From: Tetramitus jugosus | Lineage: Eukaryota > Protista > Heterolobosea | Assembly: GCA_937625935.1 (NCBI GenBank) | Contig: OW569363.1 | Span: 372,001-436,000 of the forward strand | Direction of reading: 5' to 3' | Length of the DNA: 64,000 nucleotides | Shown: in pieces, positions 1 through 10,566 of the stretch | Position numbering within the stretch: position 1 is the first letter of the stretch | Layout: every line of letters starts with the position of its first letter | The notes under the pieces: generated by a model | Database searches by the model: none | What the model was told of the DNA's origin: nothing | What the model saw: the letters and a program-made list of their open reading frames with translations, nothing else | Position numbers and translations under genes: made by a program

Positions 1-677
1 TTTGCTTACAGCAGAGTATCGACGCTGCCATTAGAGACAGAGCATCAATTTTACAGTGTCCACTGTGTCGAACGCCTGTACTTGAACAATTGGATGAAAG
101 TGCGGCCAATGTATTAAAACCAAATGTCGTACTTTCTCAATTGTTATCCAGCGTGTTTCCACAAGAGTATCAACAAAGAATTGAAGAAGTGAAGCAAGAT
201 GCCGAAGAGTACAATCAAACTCAAATTATAGGTGAGAGTTTGTACATTGGAAATAGACATTCACTCCGGGCGAGAAGAGGAGATGAATCGGACAATGTTC
301 ATGAGTGGACCTGCTTTGTTCGCATGGATACCAGCGAAAAGACTGAAAAGTATATTGACAAGGTGATTGTGGATTTACATCCAACATTTTCACCCAGTAG
401 GATTACATTAAGTCGTCCACCGTTTGAGGTGAGAAGATTGGGTTGGGGAATTTTCCAGATCCACGTACAAGTGTTCTGGAAATCTTGCTATCAAAAACCG
501 CCAGAGAAATTCTCTTGGCTGTTGTCATTTGACGGTGTCGGCGATTTCACCTCTCACGATGTTCAATTTGTAACAAGGAAAATTCCAGGTGCAATACAAC
601 AACCTCAAGACAGTGACGAAACGGTTCAACCTCTAGATGATGTCGATGAAGATATGAGCGACTCTGATGGCGAATAA
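1..677 (+). CDS. RING finger + YEATS domain protein (5' end outside window)
   Basis: Frame is open from nt 3: CLQQSIDAAIRDRASILQCPLCRTPV (C-terminal half of a RING), then a YEATS domain with HEWTCFV, LHPTF, PPFEV and LGWGIF; acidic tail. Confidence 0.8.
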   Translation, partial: CLQQSIDAAIRDRASILQCPLCRTPVLEQLDESAANVLKPNVVLSQLLSSVFPQEYQQRIEEVKQDAEEYNQTQIIGESLYIGNRHSLRARRGDESDNVHEWTCFVRMDTSEKTEKYIDKVIVDLHPTFSPSRITLSRPPFEVRRLGWGIFQIHVQVFWKSCYQKPPEKFSWLLSFDGVGDFTSHDVQFVTRKIPGAIQQPQDSDETVQPLDDVDEDMSDSDGE

Positions 678-810
678 TTTGGTTATTCGTTCGAAATTAG
701 CTCAATGAGATATCTGTATCGTGGACGCTATTTATAGATGAGGCCTTGAGCTTGAAATAAAAGGTCAACCGAGTTGCGTAATACTTTGATCAACCAACAA
801 ACAGAGCAAC

Positions 811-2373
811 ATGAAAACAGATAGTCAAAGCATAGAGACTGATAGACATCAGCAATCCCATTCCTCTCAAGGCAAATCAAAAGTTCACCAAAATTTTCAT
901 ATTGAAGAAGTGTTGGATCATGAGAACCAACCTGAACCTTCTCGGACCAATCTCGTTCATCAGGTTCACATGAGTAAAGGAGCGAAGAACATTGATGGTA
1001 AAGGTCATCATCATGATAAGAGAGCCTTACAACATAGAATGGCAAAGAAACAGTTGGATGTCACTCCATATCGACAATTGTTTGAAGAGATGGGTGCAGT
1101 TCAGGTACCGTATGATACTTCTATGAAAGCCATAGTCAGATACTTTTGCAAAGAAGCAACATCAATTGATCCATTCTACATTGTGGATTTGTCTCATTTT
1201 GCACGACAATATCTGCAATGGGAGAAGTTTCTGCCTCGGGTGATACCGTTCTATGCAGTGAAAAGTAACCCAAGTGAACACGTTCTAAAAGTTATGTCTG
1301 AACTTGGTGGATGCTTTGATTGTGCTTCTCCAAATGAGCTTGATCTGGTCATGAAACATAGGGTAGATCCAGCAAAGAATATCGTGTATTCTCATCCTTG
1401 CAAACAAATAGAGCATATCAAGTATTTTAAAGAGAAAGGCGCTGAACTCACTGTTATCGACAATGAAGATGAGTTGTTGAAACTAAAGGAACATTGGCCT
1501 GAAGCACGTATTCTGATTAGAGTAAGAACAGACGACTCTCATTCTGAATCGCCATTCAGTACCAAGTTTGGTGCGAGTGAAAAAGTGGCAGAGATCTTGA
1601 TCAAGAGAGGAAGAGAGCTTGGATTGAATATCGTGGGTACATCTTTCCATGTTGGTAGTAGTTGTACCGATGCTGCAGTGTATGTGAAATCTATCCATTC
1701 TGCTCGTTGTGTTTGGGACATTGCTGAAACGAATGGATATCAATTTACTGTTTTGGATATTGGAGGTGGTTTCTCAGGACATGACTATGATAATCCAAGT
1801 TTCGCAGAGGTTGCCCAAGAAATTCACGGTTTACTGGATCAAAAATTTTCTGCAAATGTTAGGATTATCGGTGAACCTGGCAGGTACTTTAGTGCAGCCA
1901 GTACCGTTCTCGTCACGAACATTGTTGCAAGGAGAGTCCAAACATCTGAATATCGACAATCTTACACCGGATTAGATCAAGCAAGTGACACGAAACAGCT
2001 TCCAGAGAGTGAAAGGGAAGATATGGAAGAGGTTCAACGTGCATCTTATCTCTACTACATCAATGATGGTATTTATGGCGCATTTAATGCCATTGTCTTT
2101 GATCACAAGGTATTCATCGTACATACTCTTACCCAAGAAGAAGTGAAAGATATTGAGACATGCAAGAGAGCAGAAGAACGCGAAAAACACAATTCCGTTA
2201 TCTGGGGTCCTTGTTGTGATTCCTTAGATTGTATAGCGCACAACATTAAGTTGCCTCTGTTATCTGCGGGCGATTGGATGTGGTTTCCAGATATGGGTGC
2301 ATACACAATAGCCAGCGCCACTAATTTCAATGGGTTCCATACAAACAAGAATCATTTTATTTGGAGGAAATAA
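811..2373 (+). CDS. ODC: Ornithine decarboxylase (PLP-dependent, group IV)
   Basis: PFYAVKSN (PLP lysine), FDCAS, FHVGS, LDIGGGF, EPGRY, YYINDGIYG, WGPCCDSLD, MGAYT; His/Gln-rich N-terminal extension of about 90 aa. Confidence 0.93.
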   Translation: MKTDSQSIETDRHQQSHSSQGKSKVHQNFHIEEVLDHENQPEPSRTNLVHQVHMSKGAKNIDGKGHHHDKRALQHRMAKKQLDVTPYRQLFEEMGAVQVPYDTSMKAIVRYFCKEATSIDPFYIVDLSHFARQYLQWEKFLPRVIPFYAVKSNPSEHVLKVMSELGGCFDCASPNELDLVMKHRVDPAKNIVYSHPCKQIEHIKYFKEKGAELTVIDNEDELLKLKEHWPEARILIRVRTDDSHSESPFSTKFGASEKVAEILIKRGRELGLNIVGTSFHVGSSCTDAAVYVKSIHSARCVWDIAETNGYQFTVLDIGGGFSGHDYDNPSFAEVAQEIHGLLDQKFSANVRIIGEPGRYFSAASTVLVTNIVARRVQTSEYRQSYTGLDQASDTKQLPESEREDMEEVQRASYLYYINDGIYGAFNAIVFDHKVFIVHTLTQEEVKDIETCKRAEEREKHNSVIWGPCCDSLDCIAHNIKLPLLSAGDWMWFPDMGAYTIASATNFNGFHTNKNHFIWRK

Positions 2374-2430
2374 AGGTTCCTGTCAGCACAACAATAAGCT
2401 CTAAAAAAGAACAGAAAATGAATCCTCAGT

Positions 2431-2434
2431 AAAA
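2431..2434 (-). terminator. RNA Pol III terminator (TTTT) of the tRNA-Ala gene
   Basis: T4 run 5 nt downstream of the tRNA 3' end on the minus strand. Confidence 0.6.
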
Positions 2435-2439
2435 GTTCG

Positions 2440-2512
2440 TGGAGGCGCCGGGAATCGAACCCAGGACCTCTTCCATGCTAAGGAAGCGCTCTACCAACTG
2501 AGCCACGCCCCC
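2440..2512 (-). tRNA. tRNA-Ala(AGC): tRNA-Ala (anticodon AGC)
   Basis: Minus strand GGGGGCGTGGCTCAGTTGGTAGAGCGCTTCCTTAGCATGGAAGAGGTCCTGGGTTCGATTCCCGGCGCCTCCA: cloverleaf, G3:U70 Ala identity pair, A and B boxes. Confidence 0.97.
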
Positions 2513-2552
2513 GATATATTAGGGGAAACACCAAAATTGATACAAAAAAACG

Positions 2553-2569
2553 AAAAAACGAAAAAACGA
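2553..2569 (+). repeat. Target-site duplication, left copy (right copy 3248-3264)
   Basis: AAAAAACGAAAAAACGA occurs identically on both sides of retroelement copy 1. Confidence 0.75.
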
Positions 2570-3247
2570 GGGTGCAGGCGTCATTGATTTTTCGTTTATG
2601 AGGTGTCCGTTTAGGGTGACCAGACAGTTGGAATGGTTCGTTGCCCAAGTCAAAAGTTACACACTTCACACAAAGGCAGTAGTGAAGAACCTCTATAGTC
2701 TAGACGATATGGATACGACATGTCCGAAGTGCAATTTCGAGCAAGAGACAGTTCTACACTGTCTTATCAACTGCCCCGTCGCAAGGATGGCCAGAATTTT
2801 GCTCGCAAAGGAAATTGCTGCGAAACTGAGTTCAATGGGACTGCACAAGTCACAATGCGTGGATGAATGGTTTGACAACCAACAGTGGTGCAACGGCAGG
2901 CGCACACCTAACGAGCAAAGGAAGACTGGGAAACAATACATGTTGGGTATGCTAGGTGTGGAAACGCAAGCCAAGAAACAAGTTGCCAAAGGGCTCAAAA
3001 AAAGTGGAATCAAGAAGGATATCGCCAAGAAGACAGCAAAACAGTTCGTGGATAATACTAAGAGGAGATGTGTTGAGGTGATGCTTCGCCTCTTCACAAC
3101 CTCCAAAGAGATGGCTGGTTGCTGATGCTCTACGAGCACCAGCAACAAACAATGCAAAAGTGACGGCATTCTGCCGTCATAAACAGCTACATCATGTGGA
3201 AGAGAAACAACAACGAATAAACAGCGCAACCATTGGTTGTATTAAAA
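2570..3247 (+). mobile_element. 5'-truncated non-LTR retrotransposon copy 1 (ORF2 C-terminal zinc finger, 3' UTR, short poly-A)
   Basis: Frame open from 2571 to the stop at 3125 with a zf-RVT-like motif LHTK...CPKCNFEQETVLHCLINCP; 3' UTR hairpins; A-run; flanked by 17-bp direct repeat AAAAAACGAAAAAACGA at 2553-2569 and 3248-3264. Confidence 0.85.
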
Positions 3248-3264
3248 AAAAAACGAAAAAACGA

Positions 3265-5486
3265 TATCAAACACACAAGGGCCAGGCGGTGGTGATACGT
3301 CGCAACCACTATTCAGTGTGGTCGCTAATCAGTAAAGAAGTAGCTGCAAAGACCAATGAAATTGTCATTAGTGGCAACTGCAACAATGTGACCAACGAGG
3401 CACTGTTGAGTAAGGTAGTTGATTGCTGCAAGGAGTGGATCCAAAGAGCGTAAGTCAACAGAATTGGAGAGATTCCTAGCCTGGGTAGTTGTCAAGGAGG
3501 GAAAGGAGTGGGAATTCATCCGTGAATTCAATAAAGGTGGAATGATAGTGGGAGCAACAGCAAGACTCAATGGGAAAATGAGAGCAAAAAATGATTATTG
3601 GAGGAGCCAAGTCGGCACTTGCTCCTCCAAAATGGGCGGGAAAAGAGAACATAAATGGAGTAGAGATGCGAGGAAACTCTGCGATTGTATCCACCAAGGG
3701 TCCGACTTATGCACAGGCGATGATGGAGAAGCAGCCCTTGGAGAACACAAGAGTAAGACCATTTGTTCACCGAGAGCCTGATAGAGCGCTACAGATGAAA
3801 CACTCTATGGTATTACTTCAGCAGCAACTCAACGACCTGACTGACAGATATAGAGGGAGTATGAAGGACATACATGCACTTAAGAGAGAAGTCTCTAAGT
3901 TGAACGGGTTGTTCAAAGGGTTAACAAAGAGCACAATAGCTAGAAATGAACTACCAGCTCGCCAGAGTGAACCAATACAGCAAATTGAACCACCAATTCA
4001 ACAGAGTGAAGATATTGGAGAAACCGAGATCCGAGCAGAGTGTTCTCACCGAATAAGGGGACTCAAGAAGAGTCGTCAGACATCGATCAATAAGATGTTC
4101 CCTAATTTGAAGACTCCTGAAAGGCGAGGTAAGAAGGGAGCGTCCAGATATTACATTCACCTCTGACCCCTCCCTGCCTGTTTTGAATAAATTTGAATAA
4201 CACATTTTCCTGTAAATTCGAACGTTACATTAATTCTCCTACTAGTATTGGGATAATAAATTTCTCATGAGAGGGAAGAGGAACCCAACAAAGTTCATGT
4301 ATCTGCTACACCAAAGGGCACAGTCCATGTTCACAAGACTGTACCGTCAGTGATCATTGAACACGAGAGCGACAGTGACTTTGAATGAGTATCGCAGTAA
4401 TGTGGTACAACATTCGGGGCATAAGGAGAAAGCGCAATGACATCATTGCTTTACTCCAATCTTGCCCCGAAGTCGACATTCTAATGCTACAGGAAACTGA
4501 GTGTTCGAACGCATCAATTATTGAGTCCTTCAGGAGGCAACTTGAGATGAATGGATGTCTTCTGGTGAACAATAACCCAGATGATTACAAGAATCTGATT
4601 GAAGTTCTAGAGGAGTGGAATGCCAAGGAAAGTTTGTATTAGGAGGAGACCACAACACGGTTACAACATCAGTGGACAATACTGTTCAAAGCGTGGAAAG
4701 TATGTTGAACAATGGTGTGAGCAGTGACCATATACCCACTATGGTACGATTCAAATGGTTGATAACTGGCCCTAGATCTGGGGAGCAACATGAGAGAAAG
4801 TACAGGTTCCCAACGAAGGAGGACCCTCTGTGGACGAAATTCGCCCAGGATTTGGTGGATCAACTTGATACCAGTGTTCTTAGTGTAATGGAAGTGACAT
4901 GAACGATCTGATCACTAACAGACTCTCGGACAACAGGTATGATTTTATTCATTGGTTTGATTCTTTGTGACTCTACTAATAATAGCATGGATAATAGAGT
5001 GGTTCGAATAGTGAAGATCGTCAAATCTGACAACAGCGTTATGGTGCACGTCCAAGTGCTAAAGGATGGGTTCTTTGTAGGTTTGGAGCTGTGTTCAATG
5101 CGAGAGGTCAAGACACCAGTCATGACACTATCGTGTGACAATAAGGTACTTGACTGTGTTGATGTGCTCAGCTGGCACTTCCTTCACAAGCGAACAATTC
5201 ACTCTCACAACTCTGACCTGCCTTTTCCTCAACTTGTTGACCTCCTTCTTTGTCAGGTGGTACTTTTTGCTTGTTCGACCTTGCAGTTTTCAATTCCCAA
5301 AGATCGCTCCATAATTGACAATTTCGTGTCGCATTGCTACGGATGAATCTGTAAGAATCGACTGTAGTTTCTGTAAAGTTAACTGACGGAGACAGAGGCA
5401 AAAAATCAAAAGTGTAACCTCAAAGTCGGCAAGAATTTTTATTCGCGCATGGTTGTATGGAACAAAAAAAAACTCAAAAAAAAACT
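3265..5486 (+). mobile_element. Decayed non-LTR retrotransposon copy 2 (frameshifted ORF1 + internally deleted APE-endonuclease ORF2)
   Basis: ORF1-like pieces in three frames at 3265-4166 (RRM-like stretch, TYAQA, coiled coil). ORF2 starts at 4385 with WYNIRG and DILMLQET, then after a frameshift FVLGGDHN and SSDHIP (APE motifs). Ends TGGTTGTAT plus an A-rich tail, like copy 1. Confidence 0.8.
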
Positions 5487-5495
5487 CAAAAAAAC

Positions 5496-5660
5496 GCAAT
5501 ATTACAATATTATAGTACCATCACATTAGCAAATCACTACGGACCGCACAAGAATGACTTGGCGCACTAAGGGAAGTTCATATTCGGAGGAGATCATAAT
5601 ACTGTCTCGCTTGTTATGGATAGGACTGCAGCTGATGGAAGCTCATCAGCAATATTGTGG
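5496..5660 (+). mobile_element. Relic of non-LTR retrotransposon copy 3 (APE endonuclease fragment)
   Basis: Frame from 5496 reads AILQYYSTITLANHYGPHKNDLAH*GKFIFGGDHNTVSLVMDRT: APE NxYxP and GDxN motifs, homologous to copy 2 GKFVLGGDHNTV; right end undefined. Confidence 0.7.
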
Positions 5661-6733
5661 AGAAGAATTTCTCTATTTCTTCTATCAGTCTGATTCAATA
5701 ACAGAGCTACGATGATATTATAAGGAGGTATGAGCTGAGTCCCACTAGATCTCTATATCTATTGAAGAACAACGCTGTTTTCAACTGGAATTATTTGAAG
5801 AGACGGAATACGACAATTTTTATGAACGAGAAATATTTACATTCTTCAAGTGTAATGTTCAAATGTCTCTCACTTCAATATTGGGTGGATGCAGAATAAA
5901 TCATCTCATTATTAGTACCAATTTTGTTTTTGAATTAAACATTTTCATTTAAACCTTATCTTTCATACAACTGAAAATATTTCTATCGTCAATCACATAG
6001 GCATCCCTTAAAACACATATCTATAGACGAAATGATGGTAAAATTTATGATCAGTCGCGACTCCTGAGTATTCATTCAGGGGAGGAAAAGACTTAAAATT
6101 ATTTCTAAAGTTGCTCGCGACTATACTGTAATTGGTACGGGACATGTAAATTCCTACGATATGTTGAATCAGAAGTCTACTCATCTGAATGTCTCTTGGA
6201 GATACTTTCTTGATGAAGATGGCGCTCATCAACAGTGAGATTTGTTATTTTAAAGTTTGTGTGAGAACTGGAAGCGAATTTTCAATAGATTATATCCAAC
6301 AAGACTTTCTGTGTCATATGTGTGATATATTGTCCGAAGATTATTCAAGACTCAAAAGTGGCGAGGTCAAATTATCTCGTGAAGGGAAGAGGAAAGTAAA
6401 TAATCGATAAAGAATATTATTTACTGAAGAAATGTCCGGTCAACAGCTCTTGACTCATATTCCGGAAATGTATTGAAATGAGTCAAAATTTTTACGGAAC
6501 TTAATTCTCTCAGAATTATTCAATGTCATTTTCTTCAGGTGCATGTCGTGGGTTGAAAACTGTTGGTGACCAGCAGTTAACAAAAAATTGTAAACACGTC
6601 ACACCACAAAATCGCAAAGAACAACATCCAAACAAAGACAGACAACGCATGTTGAAATATTATCGATAAACAGAGAGACACTTCATTATTTGTCAAAAAC
6701 AGTAACCCCCGACCCAAAACGAAAAAAAAAATC

Positions 6734-8311
6734 ATGACACCACAACATTCAACATCTGCACTCCCCACCATTTCTCCTCTGCTGCGCAGACTGCTGCTCA
6801 TCGTGACTCTCTTCAGCACCATTCTCCTTTCTCATCATGCATCATCATCATCATCGTACACTCCATCCTTTTCACAGTATCACAATTATGCTGAATTGAC
6901 TCAAATGTTGCAATACTTTGAATCTCAATATCCAATGCAAACTCGTTTGTTCTCTATTGGAAAATCGGTTGAAAACAGAGAAATGCACATGATTCAATTG
7001 TTCAACAATGATGATTCAACAACTGCAACAACTACTACAACTACTACAACTGCAACATCATCTGCAAGTACAACTTTAACTGCATCACAATTATTGTTGT
7101 TGAATGATTATTTGATGAAAAGAAGACCCAATTTTCGATTCGTGAGCAATATGCATGGTGATGAACCGATGGGCAAGGAACTCATTTTGCGAATGACTCA
7201 ATACTTGTTGTCCATGTCGTCGTCATTATCATCATCAGATACTGGTACTAGTAGTAGTAGTGATGAAAGTAAGAGAGTACAACGCCTTCTATCCAATGTC
7301 AACGTTTATATGCTACCGTGCTACAACCCTGATGGATATGAAAAGTCAACGCGAACGAATGCCAATGGATATGATCTCAATCGAAACTTTCCAGATCAAT
7401 TCATCACGAACAATGAACCGATTCAACCGGAGACTCAAAACATGATGAACTTTATCGGAAATTCTTCTCATTTTGTGTTGTCTTCCGTCATGCACGGAAG
7501 CAGTCTTGTTGCCAGTTATGGATACGATGGAAATCCACAGGGATCATCCGTCAGTCGCATCTACAGTGCCAGTCCAGATGATGCTCTCAACATTTATTTG
7601 GCCAATTTGTACAGCAAGGCACACAAGAAGATGAGTTACAAGGAATACAATAGTGAATTTGGTGGAGCACCAAACTATGGTGTGACCAATGGTGCCTACT
7701 GGTTTCCATTGTACGGGGGCATGCCAGATTACAATTATAAATATGGTCAGCCGTGCAATGAGATTACATTGGAAGTGTCCTTGACGAAAACACCGGACAG
7801 GAATCAGTTGAGTACATTCTGGAACGACAATTTTGAGAGTATGATGCAATTTATGGAACAATCGTATCAGTGCACTCTGGGTGGTGTCATCTATTACAAT
7901 TCATCGAGTAGTACGAGTAATGACATTCAGATTCTCAATCAACAGAGAATCAATGTTCACATCACAGGTGTCAATGGTCACAATGTGTCCACGACAGATG
8001 GTGTCTACTATCGTATGCTCGTGCCTGAAGTGTCCTACAATGTAACCTTCTTCACAGACGACTTTGACCTCGTATACAAGGTGTGCAATGTAAAGATTGA
8101 GGATGCAAGCAAGAGAACATCGATTCTTCGCATTGACGTGCCCATGAGAAATCTCACATCTGGCGCACCGCATCAAGTGGCTCAGTTGCCATGTGATGCG
8201 ACGTTGGTGACTGAACCAGAGACCTCGGTTTCAACTGCTGGCAGAATACGACATTCAAATCTTGCTTTCGTTGCCGTTATCCTATCACTATGTCTCTTTA
8301 TTGTGGCATAA
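6734..8311 (+). CDS. Zinc carboxypeptidase, M14B (CPD/CPM-like), secreted and membrane-anchored
   Basis: Signal peptide, NMHGDE (HxxE), NPDG, RTNANGYDLNRNFPD, VMHG, WFPLYGGMPDYNY, EITLEVS; hydrophobic C-terminus (TM or GPI signal). Confidence 0.92.
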   Translation: MTPQHSTSALPTISPLLRRLLLIVTLFSTILLSHHASSSSSYTPSFSQYHNYAELTQMLQYFESQYPMQTRLFSIGKSVENREMHMIQLFNNDDSTTATTTTTTTTATSSASTTLTASQLLLLNDYLMKRRPNFRFVSNMHGDEPMGKELILRMTQYLLSMSSSLSSSDTGTSSSSDESKRVQRLLSNVNVYMLPCYNPDGYEKSTRTNANGYDLNRNFPDQFITNNEPIQPETQNMMNFIGNSSHFVLSSVMHGSSLVASYGYDGNPQGSSVSRIYSASPDDALNIYLANLYSKAHKKMSYKEYNSEFGGAPNYGVTNGAYWFPLYGGMPDYNYKYGQPCNEITLEVSLTKTPDRNQLSTFWNDNFESMMQFMEQSYQCTLGGVIYYNSSSSTSNDIQILNQQRINVHITGVNGHNVSTTDGVYYRMLVPEVSYNVTFFTDDFDLVYKVCNVKIEDASKRTSILRIDVPMRNLTSGAPHQVAQLPCDATLVTEPETSVSTAGRIRHSNLAFVAVILSLCLFIVA

Positions 8312-8365
8312 ATAAGCTTGTGCGACAATAATTGGAATAACAAATCTGAATCTTTAATGTTGTAT

Positions 8366-9355
8366 TTACTCTTGTTGTTGAGGTTCTTGTTGTTGTTGTG
8401 TTCCGAAGGGATATTGAACATGGGTCAGTTTTTCACTCAGATCAAAGAGTGCTGCAGCCACTGTCATATCTTTGGCATAGCTGTTGGGTTCAAGCTCGGC
8501 ACAATCAGAACAAAACAGACCACCCTTATCATTCAATTCTTCACTCACGGCGCAATACACTGTTGTGGCTGCACCTTGGGCAATTGATTTCAAGAAGGGA
8601 GTGGCCAAAGCATATCCAACAGTAGACATTGTACTTTCTCTGCCCAAATCCGTCTTGATCACACCAGGATGCAAAGAGTTAACCGTTATATTGACATTAT
8701 CAGCCTTCAATCGCTTGTAAAGCTCCTTTGTGAACAAAATATTGGCCAATTTGCTTTGACCATACGCAGAGAAGGCACTGTACGATCTCTTCTCATAATT
8801 GAGATCATCAAGATCAATTGCACCCATCTTGTGACCCATGGATGAAACATTGACAATTCTACCCTGTGTATTCTCGTTATTCGCAGTCTCCTTCATCAAC
8901 TCCAACAATTGCAGTGTCAATGCAAAGTGTCCCAGATGATTAATTCCGATCTGTGTTTCGAATCCATCTGTTGTTCTTGCCAATGGACATGCCATCTGAC
9001 CTGCATTGTTGATCAAGATGTGCAATCGATTGAATCGTTGCTTGTACTCTGTTGCAAACTTGGAAACAGAGCTCAAATCTGCCAAATCGAGCTCCATGAT
9101 GTGCAATTCACCCTTCTTGTCATTCAAGTCAAATGAAGCTTGCGTATTTTCTTCTCCAATCGATAGAATTCTCTTTGAAGCTTCATCCATCTTGGTCTTG
9201 TTTCTCGAGGCCATGACCACTGTGGCACCACTGTAGTAGAGAGCCTTGACAGTTTCTTCTCCGATTCCACCAGAACTTCCAGTGACGATAATGTGCTTTC
9301 CAGTGAGGTCCTTGCCTTTGACTTCGAGTGCTGCTGTTGATGCTTTGTTACCCAT
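8366..9355 (-). CDS. Short-chain dehydrogenase/reductase (RDH12/WWOX-like)
   Basis: TGSSGGIG, INNAG, NHLGHF, NVSS, YGQSK, LHPGVIKT; N-terminal MG (possible myristoylation). Confidence 0.93.
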   Translation of the reverse strand: MGNKASTAALEVKGKDLTGKHIIVTGSSGGIGEETVKALYYSGATVVMASRNKTKMDEASKRILSIGEENTQASFDLNDKKGELHIMELDLADLSSVSKFATEYKQRFNRLHILINNAGQMACPLARTTDGFETQIGINHLGHFALTLQLLELMKETANNENTQGRIVNVSSMGHKMGAIDLDDLNYEKRSYSAFSAYGQSKLANILFTKELYKRLKADNVNITVNSLHPGVIKTDLGRESTMSTVGYALATPFLKSIAQGAATTVYCAVSEELNDKGGLFCSDCAELEPNSYAKDMTVAAALFDLSEKLTHVQYPFGTQQQQEPQQQE

Positions 9356-9509
9356 TGTTGTTTTTCTTCTTGTTGTTGTTGTTGTGTTTGTTGTTCTGGG
9401 AAAGATGCGGTCTGAGAGGAGATATTCACCTTTTGCTTATTATTTTAATTCGAGGAGATTGTGCGCAGTTGTCGGCTCATAATTTTCCTAGTGGCAATAT
9501 CGGAATTTT

Positions 9510-10430
9510 AAAGAGGTTTGCTCTCATATCCTCTCATTCTTGGTTCCAGATTCCTTGTGCTCAATGAGACTTGTCTCCACCCAGTTTGACAAGATTATCA
9601 AAAATTATCATCTTCTAGATAGTTATGCAGGTCAAATATTGGAGAAGATTGAAGAATCCATCAGAGAAGGGAGGTTAGCTTCTCTTGTTTGGATATTGAC
9701 TCTCTATCCTCATTTGAACAATACTCTAAATGAAGTGACACTACGTCACCTCACGCAATTTGACGACTTGCCGACACAAAGTTTGGGTTTTAACAGAGCA
9801 ATTGCCGTTGAACAAGTGTCAGACATTGTGAAGCACATCTTGTGTCAATCTGATCAGCCAACACAGCAGTTAACAGATCTGAGATTGGCAAGAAGAGATC
9901 TCACTTTTGTGGAATCTATTCTCAACTGGATCATGGAAGATCCAGTGATGAGAGACAGGGTGAATTGGCAAGTGCTTTTGGAAGAAGCTAGTTATGAATT
10001 GAACATGCCAGTGGTTAAGTTGTTGATTGACAAGAGATGGGCAGATCCTACTCAGAATCAATATGAATGTTTCAACTTAAAGGTGGATGATGAGTTGTGG
10101 TCGTGCTTGTTGACTCACCCTTCTGTCGACAAGACTTACGAGAATAATTCTCTGTTTAAAACAGCCTACCACTCTGGCTTGACAAAAACAGTTTCTGAAC
10201 TACTGTTGGATCAAAGAGTTCGAGATTTGATCACTGATTATGAGGATAGAGTGCTCCATGCCATCAACACATCGAATGTTTCACTACTTGACATTCTTTT
10301 GAACTCTTTTCCCTTAGATTCACACAAAACTCGGATCTATTTGAGCAAAGCAATGCATCTCAGAAACAGTGAGGTTAAGAGATACATACTGAATAGAGAA
10401 GATTCGTTCGAAAGAACATCTGATGAATGA
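9510..10430 (+). CDS. F-box-like + degenerate ankyrin-repeat protein (start uncertain; first in-frame ATG at 9564)
   Basis: KEVCSHILSFLVPDSLCSMRLVSTQF (F-box-like) is in frame from 9510; C-terminal ankyrin-like units VVKLLIDKRWADP and LLTHPSVDKTYENNSLFKTAYHSG. Confidence 0.6.
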   Translation, partial: KEVCSHILSFLVPDSLCSMRLVSTQFDKIIKNYHLLDSYAGQILEKIEESIREGRLASLVWILTLYPHLNNTLNEVTLRHLTQFDDLPTQSLGFNRAIAVEQVSDIVKHILCQSDQPTQQLTDLRLARRDLTFVESILNWIMEDPVMRDRVNWQVLLEEASYELNMPVVKLLIDKRWADPTQNQYECFNLKVDDELWSCLLTHPSVDKTYENNSLFKTAYHSGLTKTVSELLLDQRVRDLITDYEDRVLHAINTSNVSLLDILLNSFPLDSHKTRIYLSKAMHLRNSEVKRYILNREDSFERTSDE

Positions 10431-10566
10431 GGTGTGTTGGTGAATCAGAGCCCTAGTTTCTGACTATGAATCTTCCCAATACACTGGCTCTCTTTCGGTT
10501 GCATTTTGTCACATTGAACAGAAACAATCTGATCGGAGGACCAAAAATCAATCAAAAACAGGAAAG

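Noticed and set aside
2544-2569. AAAAAACG repeats as a CRISPR-like or satellite array
   Set aside because: No spacers; explained by the retroelement target site and TSD.
5660-6500. AT-rich stretch with short coding-like fragments
   Set aside because: Probably a decayed gene or element, but no recognisable motif; left unassigned.
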